From positions 1,696,001 through 1,760,000 of the forward strand of contig CBDFJR010000002.1 in NCBI GenBank assembly GCA_965248535.1: 64,000 nucleotides of DNA, written 5' to 3'. Numbering within the stretch: the stretch's first letter is position 1; each line of letters begins with the position of its first letter. Below the pieces are notes generated by a model. The model saw only the letters and a program-made list of their open reading frames with translations. It ran no database searches and was not told where the DNA came from. Both the position numbers and the translations under genes were made by a program. Source of the DNA: Phormidesmis sp. GTDB taxonomy: Bacteria > Cyanobacteriota > Cyanobacteriia > Leptolyngbyales > Leptolyngbyaceae. Shown here piece by piece: positions 22,481 through 32,670 of the stretch.

Positions 22481-23269
22481 TTAAGTTAGGCGATCGGGGT
22501 CTACTCCCAGTCTTCGCAACTCAGCCGCTAGCAACTCGGCTCGCTGGTGCTCTTGGTCTGCTCGCTGGCGCTCTTGGTCGGCTCGCTGCTGTTCTTGGTC
22601 GGCTCGCTGGCGCTCTTGGTCTGCCTGTTCTGCACTCCAAAGCAGCAAATTGCCAGACGCATCCCACCAGCGCAGCCAGTTTGCGGTTTGTCGGAGACGC
22701 TCCCCCGACCAAATTCCTAAAAATAGATTTAACTCAGGAATCCACACCCGCTTCTGCTCGTTGGCTTCTTGCATGATGTAGCGCTTATCCCGCAGGCACC
22801 GCACTTCTAAACTGGGTTCGTAAGGGTCGTAGGTGACATAGGTGGGCACTTGCAAAACTTGCTCATAGAAATAAAGCTTGCCATAGGGAGGAGTCGATCG
22901 CACTGACAGCTCGCCTCCCTCTTCTTGAGAGAGAAACTCCATCGCGATCGCAACTGGGGCACCGTCTAGATTAGGCGTGTAGCTGCGTCGAATCGTGCCC
23001 TCTGCTATGGGATGCACTTGGGGCACATAAAACCAGTCTGGGGCTTTGACCACCGTTTTTTTGTTGACCGTGGCCACCAACCCAAAGTTTGAGCCAATCA
23101 GCATTTCTGGCTGAATACACTCATTTGCTCCTAGGGCATCGGTTAGGGCGGCGGCGAGGGGCGGCTGTTGAATATTTTCCACGGGGTCATCTGTTAACGC
23201 AAAATCAACGGGCAGCGCTTCCCAGGTGACGATCGGGTCTTTTTTGGCAGATGGAGTTTGCAAAACCAT
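22481..23269 (-). CDS. Uma2 (DUF820) family endonuclease-like protein
   Basis: APDWFYVP, EFLS, GKLYFYEQVLQVPTY, WLRWWD..GNLL, coiled tail. Confidence 0.9.
   Translation of the reverse strand: MVLQTPSAKKDPIVTWEALPVDFALTDDPVENIQQPPLAAALTDALGANECIQPEMLIGSNFGLVATVNKKTVVKAPDWFYVPQVHPIAEGTIRRSYTPNLDGAPVAIAMEFLSQEEGGELSVRSTPPYGKLYFYEQVLQVPTYVTYDPYEPSLEVRCLRDKRYIMQEANEQKRVWIPELNLFLGIWSGERLRQTANWLRWWDASGNLLLWSAEQADQERQRADQEQQRADQERQRADQEHQRAELLAAELRRLGVDPDRLT
22540..22623 (-). repeat. 21-bp tandem repeat (ADQERQR x4) in the Uma2 tail
   Basis: Four imperfect heptad-coding units visible in DNA and protein. Confidence 0.85.
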
Positions 23270-23296
23270 AATCTAAGATCCCTCGGCTGATCGGTC

Positions 23297-23665
23297 TTAT
23301 AGAGAGTCTCGATGAGCCGAAATCTCGTCTACCCGAATCTCAGTAAACGGCTCATCTTCGGTGAACGACCCAATCAAAACTCTAGTGCTGGTAGAAAAAT
23401 GCAGCAGCGCGGTCGAAATCGCCACAATGTGGTTGATCACTCGCTGGCTCATGGCTTGATTTGCTCCATTAATTACCAGGGTTGGAGCCGTCGAAATTGT
23501 GGTGAAATACCATTCACAGTTGGTCAGCAGTGCTTGAGTCACGCCGTCACAAGATTCATAAAAATATCGACTGAGGGCTTCTTCAAGTTGGCGACTCAAG
23601 CTGCTATCTGTTTCTTCTAGCTTCAGCGGCGGCAAATCATCAGACGGAAGTGAAGGGTGATTCAT
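23297..23665 (-). CDS. Conserved cyanobacterial hypothetical protein
   Basis: FYESCDGVTQALL..CEW, EIRVDEIS; RBS-like sequence upstream. Confidence 0.7.
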   Translation of the reverse strand: MNHPSLPSDDLPPLKLEETDSSLSRQLEEALSRYFYESCDGVTQALLTNCEWYFTTISTAPTLVINGANQAMSQRVINHIVAISTALLHFSTSTRVLIGSFTEDEPFTEIRVDEISAHRDSL

Positions 23666-24022
23666 AAGGGAAGGGTAGATACAACAGTGATCTCTATCAG
23701 GCTTAAGAGAAGGGAGCAGAGGGATCAGACTTGTCTACAGCAGGGCGAGATTGATTTCCAGAAAGTCACGAGTTTTATTGTTATCATACGCAGCAATTCT
23801 GTGATGGACAAGTCTTGGCTAACGGTCTTATGTATTCGTCGCTACGTTTTGAACCTTTAGCAAGTTATATTTCTGTTTGATAATTTTTATAATCAGTGCA
23901 GAGATTGCCTAAGAGAGCATTAAAAATGTTCGTTTGGGTCATTCTAGTGTTGTGATGTTTAAGTTTTAGTATTGACAGCAACGTTTGTTTAAGTCAGGCA
24001 ACGATTAATAAAGGAATCTTTT

Positions 24023-24823
24023 ATGTGTCAATTATTAGGAATGAATTGCAATGTTCCTACTGATATTTGCTTTTCGTTTGAAGGATTTTCGGCGCGAGGC
24101 GGCAAAACTGATGAGCATCGCGACGGCTGGGGAATTGCGTTTTTTGAAGGCTTGGGGTGCCGAACTTTTTTAGATGTCAAACCGTCGATCGTGTCTCCGA
24201 TCGCTGAGGTAGTTCGTCGCTATCCCATTCACTCGACTCACGTCATTGCCCACATCCGCAAGGCTACCCAAGGCGAAATCTCGCTCGAAAATTGCCATCC
24301 GTTTCAGCGAGAGCTTTGGGGGCGCTATTGGGTGTTTGCTCACAACGGCAATCTTCCCGACTTTGATCCCCACCCTGGTGAGGTTTATCAAGCTGTGGGT
24401 CAAACCGACAGCGAACGGGCTTTTTGCCTGATTTTGAATACGCTCCGAGAGGCGTTTCCTGATGGCAAACCCTCCCTAGAGCGATTGTATCCGGTGTTGA
24501 AAACGATCACCCACACGATCGCGGATCAAGGCGTTTTTAATTATTTACTTTCAGACGGAGATTATTTTTTTGCTCATTGCTCAACTAAGCTTTGCTACAT
24601 CGTTCGGCAGGCTCCCTTTGCGGCGGCACACTTGATCGATCAAGATGTCACCGTCGATTTTCAAGAGTTGACTCAGCCCAGCGATCGGGTCGTCGTCATT
24701 GCCACTACGCCCCTCACCGACAACGAAACCTGGTTCCCCATTCCGTCAGGAGAGTTATTCGTGTTTCTTGATGGTGCGAGGGTCGTGACTGACGATGCCA
24801 ATCTTTTAGGGATCTTGGAATAA
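24023..24823 (+). CDS. Class II glutamine amidotransferase (YafJ-like)
   Basis: N-terminal MCQL, HRDGWG, AHIRKAT, NCHPF, FAHNG, TDSE. Confidence 0.93.
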   Translation: MCQLLGMNCNVPTDICFSFEGFSARGGKTDEHRDGWGIAFFEGLGCRTFLDVKPSIVSPIAEVVRRYPIHSTHVIAHIRKATQGEISLENCHPFQRELWGRYWVFAHNGNLPDFDPHPGEVYQAVGQTDSERAFCLILNTLREAFPDGKPSLERLYPVLKTITHTIADQGVFNYLLSDGDYFFAHCSTKLCYIVRQAPFAAAHLIDQDVTVDFQELTQPSDRVVVIATTPLTDNETWFPIPSGELFVFLDGARVVTDDANLLGILE

Positions 24824-25741
24824 AGCCGTGCTCAAATATCGCTCACCAAAGCTTGGTTGAATCATCACAATCAGCTTGCCTGCATTTTCAGGACGCTGGG
24901 CCACTTGAATCGCGGCAGCTAGATTGGCCCCCGTAGAAATGCCTGACAATAGACCCTCTTCTCTCGCCAATCGACGACCATAGACGATCGATTCTTCATC
25001 CGTCACTTGAATAATTTCATCCACCAGATCTAGGCGCATGATATTGGGCACAAACCCGGCCCCGATGCCCTGAATTTTGTGAGCGCCCGGCTGCCCCCCA
25101 GATAACACAGGACTGTTTTTTGGCTCGACGGCGATCGCTTTAAACTCAGGCTTGCGCGACTTGATCACCTCTGCAATGCCCGTAATGGTGCCGCCTGTGC
25201 CCACGGCCGCCACCAAAAAATCAACTTGCCCATCGGTGTCTGTCCAGATTTCTTCGGCGGTGGTTTCGCGATGGACTTTGGGGTTTGCCGGGTTTTTAAA
25301 CTGTTGCAGCATAAAAGCGTTGGGAGTGCTGGCGGCAATTTCTTCGGCACGAGCGATCGCGCCTTTCATGCCTTGGGTGCCCGGCGTTAATTCTAACTGG
25401 GCCCCGTAGCCTTTGAGCATGGCGCGGCGCTCTGTGCTCATAGTGTCTGGCATGGTCAGCAGCAGTCGATAGCCTTTGGCGGCAGCCACCATTGCGAGGG
25501 CGATCCCGGTGTTGCCAGAGGTGGGTTCGACTAAGAGCGTTTTGCCGGGGTGAATCCAACCTGTGGTTTCAGCGTGTTGAATCATGCTGATGCCAATGCG
25601 ATCTTTCACCGATGACGCGGGATTCATGCCTTCGAGTTTGACAACAATTCTGGCAACACATCCCTCGGCTTGAGGAATTCGATTTAGCTGCACGAGCGGC
25701 GTGTGCCCGATGAGTTGAGTAATATCGTGAGCAATTCTCAT
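24806..25741 (-). CDS. cysK: Cysteine synthase A
   Basis: [39 protein letters not shown]; start placed at MRIAHD. Confidence 0.96.
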   Translation of the reverse strand: MRIAHDITQLIGHTPLVQLNRIPQAEGCVARIVVKLEGMNPASSVKDRIGISMIQHAETTGWIHPGKTLLVEPTSGNTGIALAMVAAAKGYRLLLTMPDTMSTERRAMLKGYGAQLELTPGTQGMKGAIARAEEIAASTPNAFMLQQFKNPANPKVHRETTAEEIWTDTDGQVDFLVAAVGTGGTITGIAEVIKSRKPEFKAIAVEPKNSPVLSGGQPGAHKIQGIGAGFVPNIMRLDLVDEIIQVTDEESIVYGRRLAREEGLLSGISTGANLAAAIQVAQRPENAGKLIVMIQPSFGERYLSTALFQDP

Positions 25742-26102
25742 AAAAGTATTGATGGTATGCGTGGGAGTGGATGCACGATCGAGCACACAGGGATTAGTTC
25801 AACCAATTAATATAGCGTTGGATGGTGTGCTGAGTAAATCTCACTTTTAGCAGATGCTCACGCCTATTATCTAATTTGTCGGAAATGCCCCGCTATAGCG
25901 TTACTCAGCTTGGCGGCAGGATGGAAGGCAGGGCCGCGATGAACTGACCCCTTGAACGATAGATTTTCTATCTTTCCAAATCTGGAAAGGTCGTTGCACG
26001 ATCGGGAATCGATAACTCGATAGATTCCTCTACACTAAAGTCATTCCTGATGAGGCTGTGAGGTTAAGCAGTGGCGGTTGTTGTGTTGGAGCGGTAATCA
26101 AT

Positions 26103-26774
26103 ATGAGTCAAGGCACAACCCATTTAACAAAGCAGACGTTTTTAGTTGTAGATGATCATGAGGCAATTTTGGAGGGCACAGTTCCGGCCCTTCAGCGAGC
26201 CTATCCCACCACTGAGGTGCTGACCGCGCCAGATATTCAGATGGCTCAACTTCAGATGGGGTCGCGTCTGCCTGTGCTGATTGTGTTGGACTTGAGCCTA
26301 CCCGAAAAGCCTCATGCACCCGCCAGTTCTGAAGTTGGGCTACACTTTCTCAAGACCTTGATCGAAGGACAGTCTGCGCCCAATATTTTGGTGCTGAGTA
26401 CCAACGTTCAGCCGCTTGTGCAGCTAAAGCCCATGATTAATGCCTATGAAGGAGGCTTTGCCGCGATGGATAAATCGCTTCCGATTCGAGAGATGTTGAG
26501 GTTAGTAGATTTTGCGCTGCGAGGCTCAATCTATCTACCGCCACAGCTACGATCGCGCACAGAGTTTGATCCCAAATGGTTAGAAGTGTTGACCTTAAAG
26601 TTTCAAGAAGGTTTGACCGATAAAGCGATCGCGCAACGAATGCAGGTCAGCGATCGCACAATTCGGAACTATTGGATTCGGCTGCAAGATGCTCTCGGTG
26701 TTTATGATGAATCAGGGAAAGAACTCAGAATCCAGATTGAGCTTGCCGCCAGAAAAATCGGATTGATTTATTAG
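26103..26774 (+). CDS. NarL/LuxR-type response regulator
   Basis: VVDDH, VLDLSLP receiver; GLTDKAIAQRMQVSDRTIRNY HTH. Confidence 0.9.
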   Translation: MSQGTTHLTKQTFLVVDDHEAILEGTVPALQRAYPTTEVLTAPDIQMAQLQMGSRLPVLIVLDLSLPEKPHAPASSEVGLHFLKTLIEGQSAPNILVLSTNVQPLVQLKPMINAYEGGFAAMDKSLPIREMLRLVDFALRGSIYLPPQLRSRTEFDPKWLEVLTLKFQEGLTDKAIAQRMQVSDRTIRNYWIRLQDALGVYDESGKELRIQIELAARKIGLIY

Positions 26775-26781
26775 CAACACT

Positions 26782-28713
26782 TTGAACCAGCAATATTGGA
26801 GGCGACTGAACCAGCAAGCAAAGATTTGGCGATCGGGAGCATTGCCCGGATTTGTGGTGATTGCCTGCGTGGTGATTGCCCGTCTGACTGGCTCTCTACA
26901 GGTTTTAGAGTGGATGGCCTTTGATCAAGTGCTGCGATCGCGCCCGGTTGAGTCGGTAGAATCGCAAATTGTGATCGTCGGGATTAATGAGAACGACATC
27001 AAAACGATTGGCAAATATCCCATTCCCGATCGAGAGTTAGCAGCCCTACTGCAAAGGCTGCAAAGCTATCACCCAAGAGCGATCGGGTTAGATATCTTTC
27101 GCGATGTGACAACCGGATCAAGTCGGGCAGAACTAGCCGAAGTCTTCAGCAACAGTTCCAATCTAGTCGGCATTGAAATGGCGTTAAGTCCAAATATTGC
27201 ACTGACGGTAAAACCGCCGCCAGAGTTGCCGCCTGAGCGGATTGGTCTTGCAGATGTTGTCATTGACCCAGATGGTAAATTGCGGCGCAGTTTGTTAGCA
27301 AGCAAAGTCGATGATAAAACAAAGTATTCACTTTCATTGTTGTTGGCAGCGATGTATCTGCGATTAGCGCAAAGCACAACTCCGAAGGAACCGCAAGGAA
27401 TCGCCCTTCAGCAGGGAAGTCGCGCCAGTGATCCGATTCAGTTTGGGTCGGTGGTGTTGCCTCGGTTTCACAAGAACACGGGAAGCTATGTCAACGCGAA
27501 AGCAGGGGGAAATCAAGTCTTACTAAATTTTCGCAGTCATTCGCAACCGTTTACGATCGTCTCGTTGACCGACGTTTTAACCCATCAAGTGCAGCCAAGT
27601 TTGATCCGCGATCGCATTGTTCTGATTGGCATGACGGCTGCCAGCGTCAATGATACCTTTATGACATCTGCAACAAAAGGCACATTGTTATCGAACGATT
27701 TAAATGACTCAGAACAATATCAATTTCTCTATGGAGTCGAGTATCAAGCCCATGCAACTAGTCAACTGATCAATGCGGTTCTCAATCATAGACCTCTGAT
27801 CCGCACTTGGCTAGAAGGTTGGGAATATGTTTGGATTCTAACTTGGGGATTGTTTGGCATTGCGTTGGGATTGATGCTGCAATCTCCCTGGAAAACACTT
27901 TTAAGTCTTGCGGTTAGCAGTAGCTGCCTGATATTAGTGTGCAATGGCTTGATGATTTTGGGCTGGTGGATTCCGCTTGTTCCTGCCTTGCTGACCTTGG
28001 GTGCGGCTGGGTTGACGACTTCACTCTTTGATCGTGACTCTAGAGTTTTATTAGAGCAGCGTAGTCTAACGTTAAAATGCACCTATGACGCGGTTCACAA
28101 TGGGCCCTTGCAAACACTTGCAGCTATTCTGAGAAGTCTGGATGAAACGCCGTTGCGATCGCAGTTGGAATCGCTAAATCAGGAGTTGCGATCGGTTTAT
28201 GAATCGATGAAACAAGAGTTACTGTTCGGTGAAAATCGCTATATTTATACCCCGATTCCTGAACTGTTGTATCAAATCTATGAAGATACCTTGCAGCGAA
28301 ATCTGCCAGGGTTCTCCTCGATCAAGACTTATGTTCCCCCTGATTTCAACTCGCTTAAAGACTGCTCTTTGACTCCAGAACAAAAACAAGGACTGTGTAT
28401 CTTTCTGCAAGAAGCCCTTTGTAATGTGGGTAAACACGCGATCGCGGCCAGTCGTCTGGATGTTGTCTGTACTCACCAACATGATGAATGGAGCTTACAA
28501 ATTCTCGATAACGGTGTTCAGGTCAAATCTAGCCAGTCTCGTAGTGGACGAGGGACTGATCAGGCGAGAGAATTGGCGCGATCGCTGGGTGGAAAGTTTG
28601 ATCGGCGATCGCGGTCACCGCAAGGAGTTGCGTGTGAAGTGACGTGGCGAGATTCTAAACCGTGGCGGCAACGCCTTTTTCACCTATTTGGGTACTGGTC
28701 AGCGTCTCCTTAA
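26782..28713 (+). CDS. CHASE2 sensor with HisKA_3-type kinase module
   Basis: IVIVGINENDI, AIGLDIFRD, DPDGKLRR, YGVEYQAH CHASE2; three TM helices; VHNGPLQ H-box, EALCNVGKHA, DNG, GRGT. Confidence 0.9.
   Translation: MNQQYWRRLNQQAKIWRSGALPGFVVIACVVIARLTGSLQVLEWMAFDQVLRSRPVESVESQIVIVGINENDIKTIGKYPIPDRELAALLQRLQSYHPRAIGLDIFRDVTTGSSRAELAEVFSNSSNLVGIEMALSPNIALTVKPPPELPPERIGLADVVIDPDGKLRRSLLASKVDDKTKYSLSLLLAAMYLRLAQSTTPKEPQGIALQQGSRASDPIQFGSVVLPRFHKNTGSYVNAKAGGNQVLLNFRSHSQPFTIVSLTDVLTHQVQPSLIRDRIVLIGMTAASVNDTFMTSATKGTLLSNDLNDSEQYQFLYGVEYQAHATSQLINAVLNHRPLIRTWLEGWEYVWILTWGLFGIALGLMLQSPWKTLLSLAVSSSCLILVCNGLMILGWWIPLVPALLTLGAAGLTTSLFDRDSRVLLEQRSLTLKCTYDAVHNGPLQTLAAILRSLDETPLRSQLESLNQELRSVYESMKQELLFGENRYIYTPIPELLYQIYEDTLQRNLPGFSSIKTYVPPDFNSLKDCSLTPEQKQGLCIFLQEALCNVGKHAIAASRLDVVCTHQHDEWSLQILDNGVQVKSSQSRSGRGTDQARELARSLGGKFDRRSRSPQGVACEVTWRDSKPWRQRLFHLFGYWSASP
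27360..27394 (+). mobile_element. 27-nt short dispersed element inserted in-frame in a HIP1 site
   Basis: GCGAT[TAGCGCAAAGCACAACTCCGAAGGAAC]CGC; 31/35 identical to 37292-37326. Confidence 0.75.
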
Positions 28714-28751
28714 CGCGGTTTAATGGAGTATTCCTCTATTTGCCCACAGCC

Positions 28752-29513
28752 ATGAATCATTTAACGATTAGCGCTAGGCGCAACTCTAAAGGAGCCGCAG
28801 CTTGCCAAAAACAGACAGCAACTAGACTAATATCAGGCATCTTGTTGGCAATGTCGCTGATGCCAATTGCAGCATTAGCAGACGATGATAAAGCGCCTCC
28901 TAGTGGCAGATCTGCTGGAGGTAGGGGCTGTGGAACCACCACACAAATTGCTCAATCTAATGTGCCTAGTTTGATCTTACTTTCTCCTCAAGAATCTTCT
29001 AAACAAGCGGTTTCGACTCGCCCCACTTTTGCCTGGTTTGTGCGCGATGCTGCCCCGGTATTAATGGAATTTAGACTTTATGCACAGGACGCAAACAACC
29101 GCTATCAATTGGTTAAAGAGGTTAAAGACGATCAGTTCAAAACATCTCCTGGCATTATGGTGTTGTCACTGGCTCAAACGACTCCTGAGCTTGCGATCGG
29201 GCGATATCGCTGGCAGGTGGTGTTGATCTGCGATCGCAGCCATCCCTCTGGCAATCTCTTTGCTGAATCTGAGCTAGAAGTGGTTCCATTGCCTGCTGAT
29301 TTGAAGACTCGGTTAGAAAAGACCCACGATCGCGCCTCTCAAGCATCGCTCTATGCTCAAGCAGATTTCTGGTATGACGCGCTGGGAACTGCGATCGGTT
29401 CATCTAATACTGGGCTGAAAGATCCACAATTGTCTCTTCTCAACAAAATGATGCTGAACAACACGGAGCAGCAGTTATTACAAAATAGTGCGATTCATCC
29501 GATACAACGGTAG
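28752..29513 (+). CDS. DUF928 domain protein
   Basis: GGRGC, STRPTFAWF, YRWQVVLIC, YAQADFWYDAL. Confidence 0.9.
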   Translation: MNHLTISARRNSKGAAACQKQTATRLISGILLAMSLMPIAALADDDKAPPSGRSAGGRGCGTTTQIAQSNVPSLILLSPQESSKQAVSTRPTFAWFVRDAAPVLMEFRLYAQDANNRYQLVKEVKDDQFKTSPGIMVLSLAQTTPELAIGRYRWQVVLICDRSHPSGNLFAESELEVVPLPADLKTRLEKTHDRASQASLYAQADFWYDALGTAIGSSNTGLKDPQLSLLNKMMLNNTEQQLLQNSAIHPIQR

Positions 29514-29617
29514 TGTCATACCAATTTCAAAAATGACTGCAATGCCCATGATTCAACAACCGCTCGAACTAAGAATGTGAGCCACTCCTAAGCTCTAACA
29601 ATCTTGCCATCATTGCA

Positions 29618-29962
29618 CTACCCCGCTGGTTCTTCGGGTAATAGTGGTGCGATTATTGCCAATAATCTAGGAATATTATCTTGAGTTACGTCCCAGACAA
29701 CATCAAAGTCAATTCGATCGTATTGATGGATGATGATGTCTCGCATTCCGGCGATATCTTTCCAGGGAATTTCAGGATGTTGGTTTCGATAGTGACTAGA
29801 TAATCGTTTTGTTGCCTCTCCCATAATTTCAATCTGATATAAGATTGCAGAATGGCGCATCACGTCTGTTTCAAGCTCAGATCGGTTTAGACCTTGAGTA
29901 AAAGTCAGAACACGCTGCCCCGCAAGAAAAATGTCCATTACAGATGCCTTATCTCTGGACAT
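29618..29962 (-). CDS. HepT-like (DUF86/HEPN) ribonuclease toxin
   Basis: IMGEATK, IPWKDIAGMRDIIIHQY (RX4HXY). Confidence 0.92.
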   Translation of the reverse strand: MSRDKASVMDIFLAGQRVLTFTQGLNRSELETDVMRHSAILYQIEIMGEATKRLSSHYRNQHPEIPWKDIAGMRDIIIHQYDRIDFDVVWDVTQDNIPRLLAIIAPLLPEEPAG

Positions 29963-30305
29963 AGATTAACCTCGCCGTCCCTAGAATTTCTTTTCGGCGA
30001 ATCCAGTTTTCGCTCTGCCCGATCGATTTTTTTGTGAGCAAGTCTACGCTTCGCATAAACAACGCTGCCAATTCTCGCTTCATTCTGACCAGTTCTAGTA
30101 ATCCACAGACTGCATCAGGATCAACTTGCACCATGACATCGATATCGCTATCGGGGCGAAAATCATCCCGCAGCACAGAGCCAAATAGATAGAATTCCTG
30201 AACGCTCCAACGCTGACAGAATTGAGCAATCTCTGCTTGGGGCAGTTCGATCGCAATTGAGTCAGACAATAACTGAAATCCTGCAACTTCAACTTTTTTC
30301 ATCAC
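29949..30305 (-). CDS. MNT nucleotidyltransferase antitoxin (MntA-like)
   Basis: LFGSVLRDDFRPDSDIDV; overlaps the HEPN gene. Confidence 0.92.
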   Translation of the reverse strand: MMKKVEVAGFQLLSDSIAIELPQAEIAQFCQRWSVQEFYLFGSVLRDDFRPDSDIDVMVQVDPDAVCGLLELVRMKRELAALFMRSVDLLTKKSIGQSENWIRRKEILGTARLIYVQR

Positions 30306-30370
30306 AGTCTTAATGAGGTCAATCAGCGATTCTCAACGTTTCTCAATTTTAACGAACTTGTGGAGTTTTC

Positions 30371-30535
30371 GACTCACTTACGCGATCGCGCCTCTCAATC
30401 ATTCCTCTAGAATCAGACAAATTTTTGGTATGACGCGCTGGGAACTGCGATCGATACAGCACTGAGCAATCGTTATTGCACGACAGTATGATTCATTGTC
30501 TGCAACAATGATGTTATATCTATTGCAACAATGAA
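30371..30535 (+). pseudogene. Degenerate duplicate of the DUF928 gene 3' end
   Basis: 28-bp exact match 30426-30453 = 29370-29397; similarity continues to and past the stop codon. Confidence 0.8.
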
Positions 30536-30596
30536 TACATATAGTTAGGGAGCCTTTCCCAAACGGGAATACTGATGACTCCCTAACCCCAACTTC

Positions 30597-30968
30597 CTAG
30601 AGTTGAATCGTAGTTTTGTTGTGCAACTCCTCCACTTGAATTAAGGAACCCTCACCCAGAACAATGTTGAACTTCATTAAAGAGCGTTCAATTTGATAAC
30701 CGGGCAACACTCGAACAACTTGGTACTCTGTGGTCAAATCACTGGTGCCATCCCATTTGAGAAAGGCCAGTTGATTAGACGCAATCTCACTCAGTTCTGA
30801 GACGAACTCTTCAATGCGATCGCCAACATTCGGAAGAATGCCAGACAGTACAAAAAGATAACGCTCTTGCAAATCTAATCTCACACTGACCCGATAACGT
30901 TTCTCCGTTGAGCATCGCAACTCAACGGTGAACGAAATCGAGCTAGGCACGATCGTCCTAACTGCCAT
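30597..30968 (-). CDS. Hypothetical protein
   Basis: 123-aa ORF with GAGAGG RBS. Confidence 0.6.
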   Translation of the reverse strand: MAVRTIVPSSISFTVELRCSTEKRYRVSVRLDLQERYLFVLSGILPNVGDRIEEFVSELSEIASNQLAFLKWDGTSDLTTEYQVVRVLPGYQIERSLMKFNIVLGEGSLIQVEELHNKTTIQL

Positions 30969-30985
30969 GGTTTTTGTCCTCTCGG

Positions 30986-31105
30986 TTAATTAAAAGAGGA
31001 CAAAAACACGGATCTCTCAGACATTGGGTTGGGGGGAAATCTGTATGCAGGATCTTGATTCCAGCCTTTCAAGATCCCATAGCAAAGCCGACGGTGTACA
31101 ATCAT
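30986..31105 (-). CDS. Putative 39-aa leader peptide (uORF)
   Basis: AGGAGG + 5 nt + ATG; MIVHRRLCYG...FLSSFN*; stop lies in the loop of an SD-sequestering hairpin. Confidence 0.4.
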   Translation of the reverse strand: MIVHRRLCYGILKGWNQDPAYRFPPNPMSERSVFLSSFN

Positions 31106-31327
31106 GAACGCCTCCTGAGTTACTTGCGCTAACTAGGGATGGAAGTCCTCGGAGTCTGATCTGGTAAATCAGGCTTCGGGGCATAACTCCATCACTGCGG
31201 TGTATTGTACAAGAGTTTTTTGTTTTTTGGAAGGCTGAGTTTTTTGGCAGGAGCGATCGTGGTTTGGTTCCGTCTGCTCTAAGCAAGAAGTTACATCTTA
31301 ATAAATCCACAATCCTAAGAAGGTTAG

Positions 31328-32239
31328 TTAAGCTAGCGATCGCTGGTCAATCTTCGTCTCGTTGCCAGGCACCAATTCAATCGTGCGGTAGCCCAAAGCT
31401 GCTAGCAAATCGGTTTCTGGCAGCTTCACAGGAGCGGGCTTTTCGCCTTTGCCGGGTGTGGGCAACGGGTAAGCAGTAGAGGCAGCCGTCAAAAAACGGA
31501 TATTGCCTTCGGTGTGTTGAATGACTTGATGGATATGTCCACTCAACACCGTCACTGACGAAAAGCGGGACAACAACGACAGCGCCTTAGCTGAATCTCC
31601 GGTTGCCCAACCCCACTTTGGATATAGATCATAAAGGGGGATATGGGTAAACACCACGATCGGGGTCTCTCGTTTTTGGGCAGTCAAATCTTTTTCTAGC
31701 AAGTCTAATTGCGCTTGACCTAGCTCCCCTTTTCCGGTTTCACCAAAATCTAGGACATTTGTGAGGGAGACAAAATGCACTCCGCTCTGATCCCAACGCT
31801 GCAAGCCTTCTTTCACGTCTTTTTGGCTGAACATTTCGGAATAAACTTTGCCACGATCGCCGATCGTGTCATGTTCTCCAGGCAATGTAAACAACGGAAC
31901 TTTCAACTGAGACAAGATTTGTTTTGCCTGATCAAACTCTTCTGGCTTAGACAGATGGCTGATATCTCCAGTGTGAACAACAAAGGCAGGCGGTGTCGGA
32001 AGTGCATTGATGGCATGAACGGTTTTTTGGAGTGTATCGATTACGTGCTCATTAGCAGGCTTGTTGAATCCAATGTGCGTATCACTGATCTGCACGAAGG
32101 ATAAGGGTGTCGCATTCTGGGATTTCTGGTTTGTCGAGTCTCCGACTTGGCAGGAAGTTAGTAAGCCATTTTCCCCAACGGCCCACAGAATTCCTAACCC
32201 TGTCCAACTGACGTGTTCAATAAACTTTCTGCGTTTCAT
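31328..32239 (-). CDS. Tat-exported calcineurin-like metallophosphoesterase
   Basis: KRRKFI, ISDTH, HTGD, PGEHD, FTHIP, SGHIH. Confidence 0.92.
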   Translation of the reverse strand: MKRRKFIEHVSWTGLGILWAVGENGLLTSCQVGDSTNQKSQNATPLSFVQISDTHIGFNKPANEHVIDTLQKTVHAINALPTPPAFVVHTGDISHLSKPEEFDQAKQILSQLKVPLFTLPGEHDTIGDRGKVYSEMFSQKDVKEGLQRWDQSGVHFVSLTNVLDFGETGKGELGQAQLDLLEKDLTAQKRETPIVVFTHIPLYDLYPKWGWATGDSAKALSLLSRFSSVTVLSGHIHQVIQHTEGNIRFLTAASTAYPLPTPGKGEKPAPVKLPETDLLAALGYRTIELVPGNETKIDQRSLA

Positions 32240-32670
32240 GGTGTGTTCCTCTTAGGAGTGACGGTGATTGTTCCATGCATGAAGGGATGAATCGAGCAAA
32301 TGTAGGGAAAGGTTCCGGGGGTTGTGAACGTTGATGCCCAAGTTTGGTCTGTATCCAAGGCTTTAGAATCGAAGGAACCATTCTTTGCTGTGACTGTGTG
32401 AGGTTCTTCATCTTTGTTGACAAACTGAACCGTCTCACCAACATTAAGTTTTAGGTCAGCAGGCTGATATTTGAAGTTGGCAATTTTGAGGGTTACATTG
32501 GGGTTTGCCGTATTTACATTGGGCTGCTTTAGCGGTTGATTGACTGTTGTCTTGGGTGTGTCTGTAGCGGTTGTAGCTTGTGGAGTTGAATGACTACAAG
32601 ATGACAATGATAGCAAGATCACTAGCATTGTCGATGTGATTGCCATCCAGAGATAGGTAATGTATTTCAT
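32236..32670 (-). CDS. Cupredoxin (plastocyanin/azurin family), probable lipoprotein
   Basis: EPHTV...YICSIHPFMHG type-1 Cu ligands; LSSC lipobox. Confidence 0.92.
   Translation of the reverse strand: MKYITYLWMAITSTMLVILLSLSSCSHSTPQATTATDTPKTTVNQPLKQPNVNTANPNVTLKIANFKYQPADLKLNVGETVQFVNKDEEPHTVTAKNGSFDSKALDTDQTWASTFTTPGTFPYICSIHPFMHGTITVTPKRNTP

Noticed and set aside
22540..22623. CRISPR array
   Set aside because: Contiguous coding heptad repeats without spacers; no repeat-spacer array or cas gene seen in the window
30545..30590. Fluoride riboswitch or hammerhead (CTGATGACTCC)
   Set aside because: Other conserved elements are absent; best explained as a hairpin at the end of ORF 30597-30968. 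The internal TTCCC-N4-GGGAA lacks the +21/+58 elements of the shared promoter
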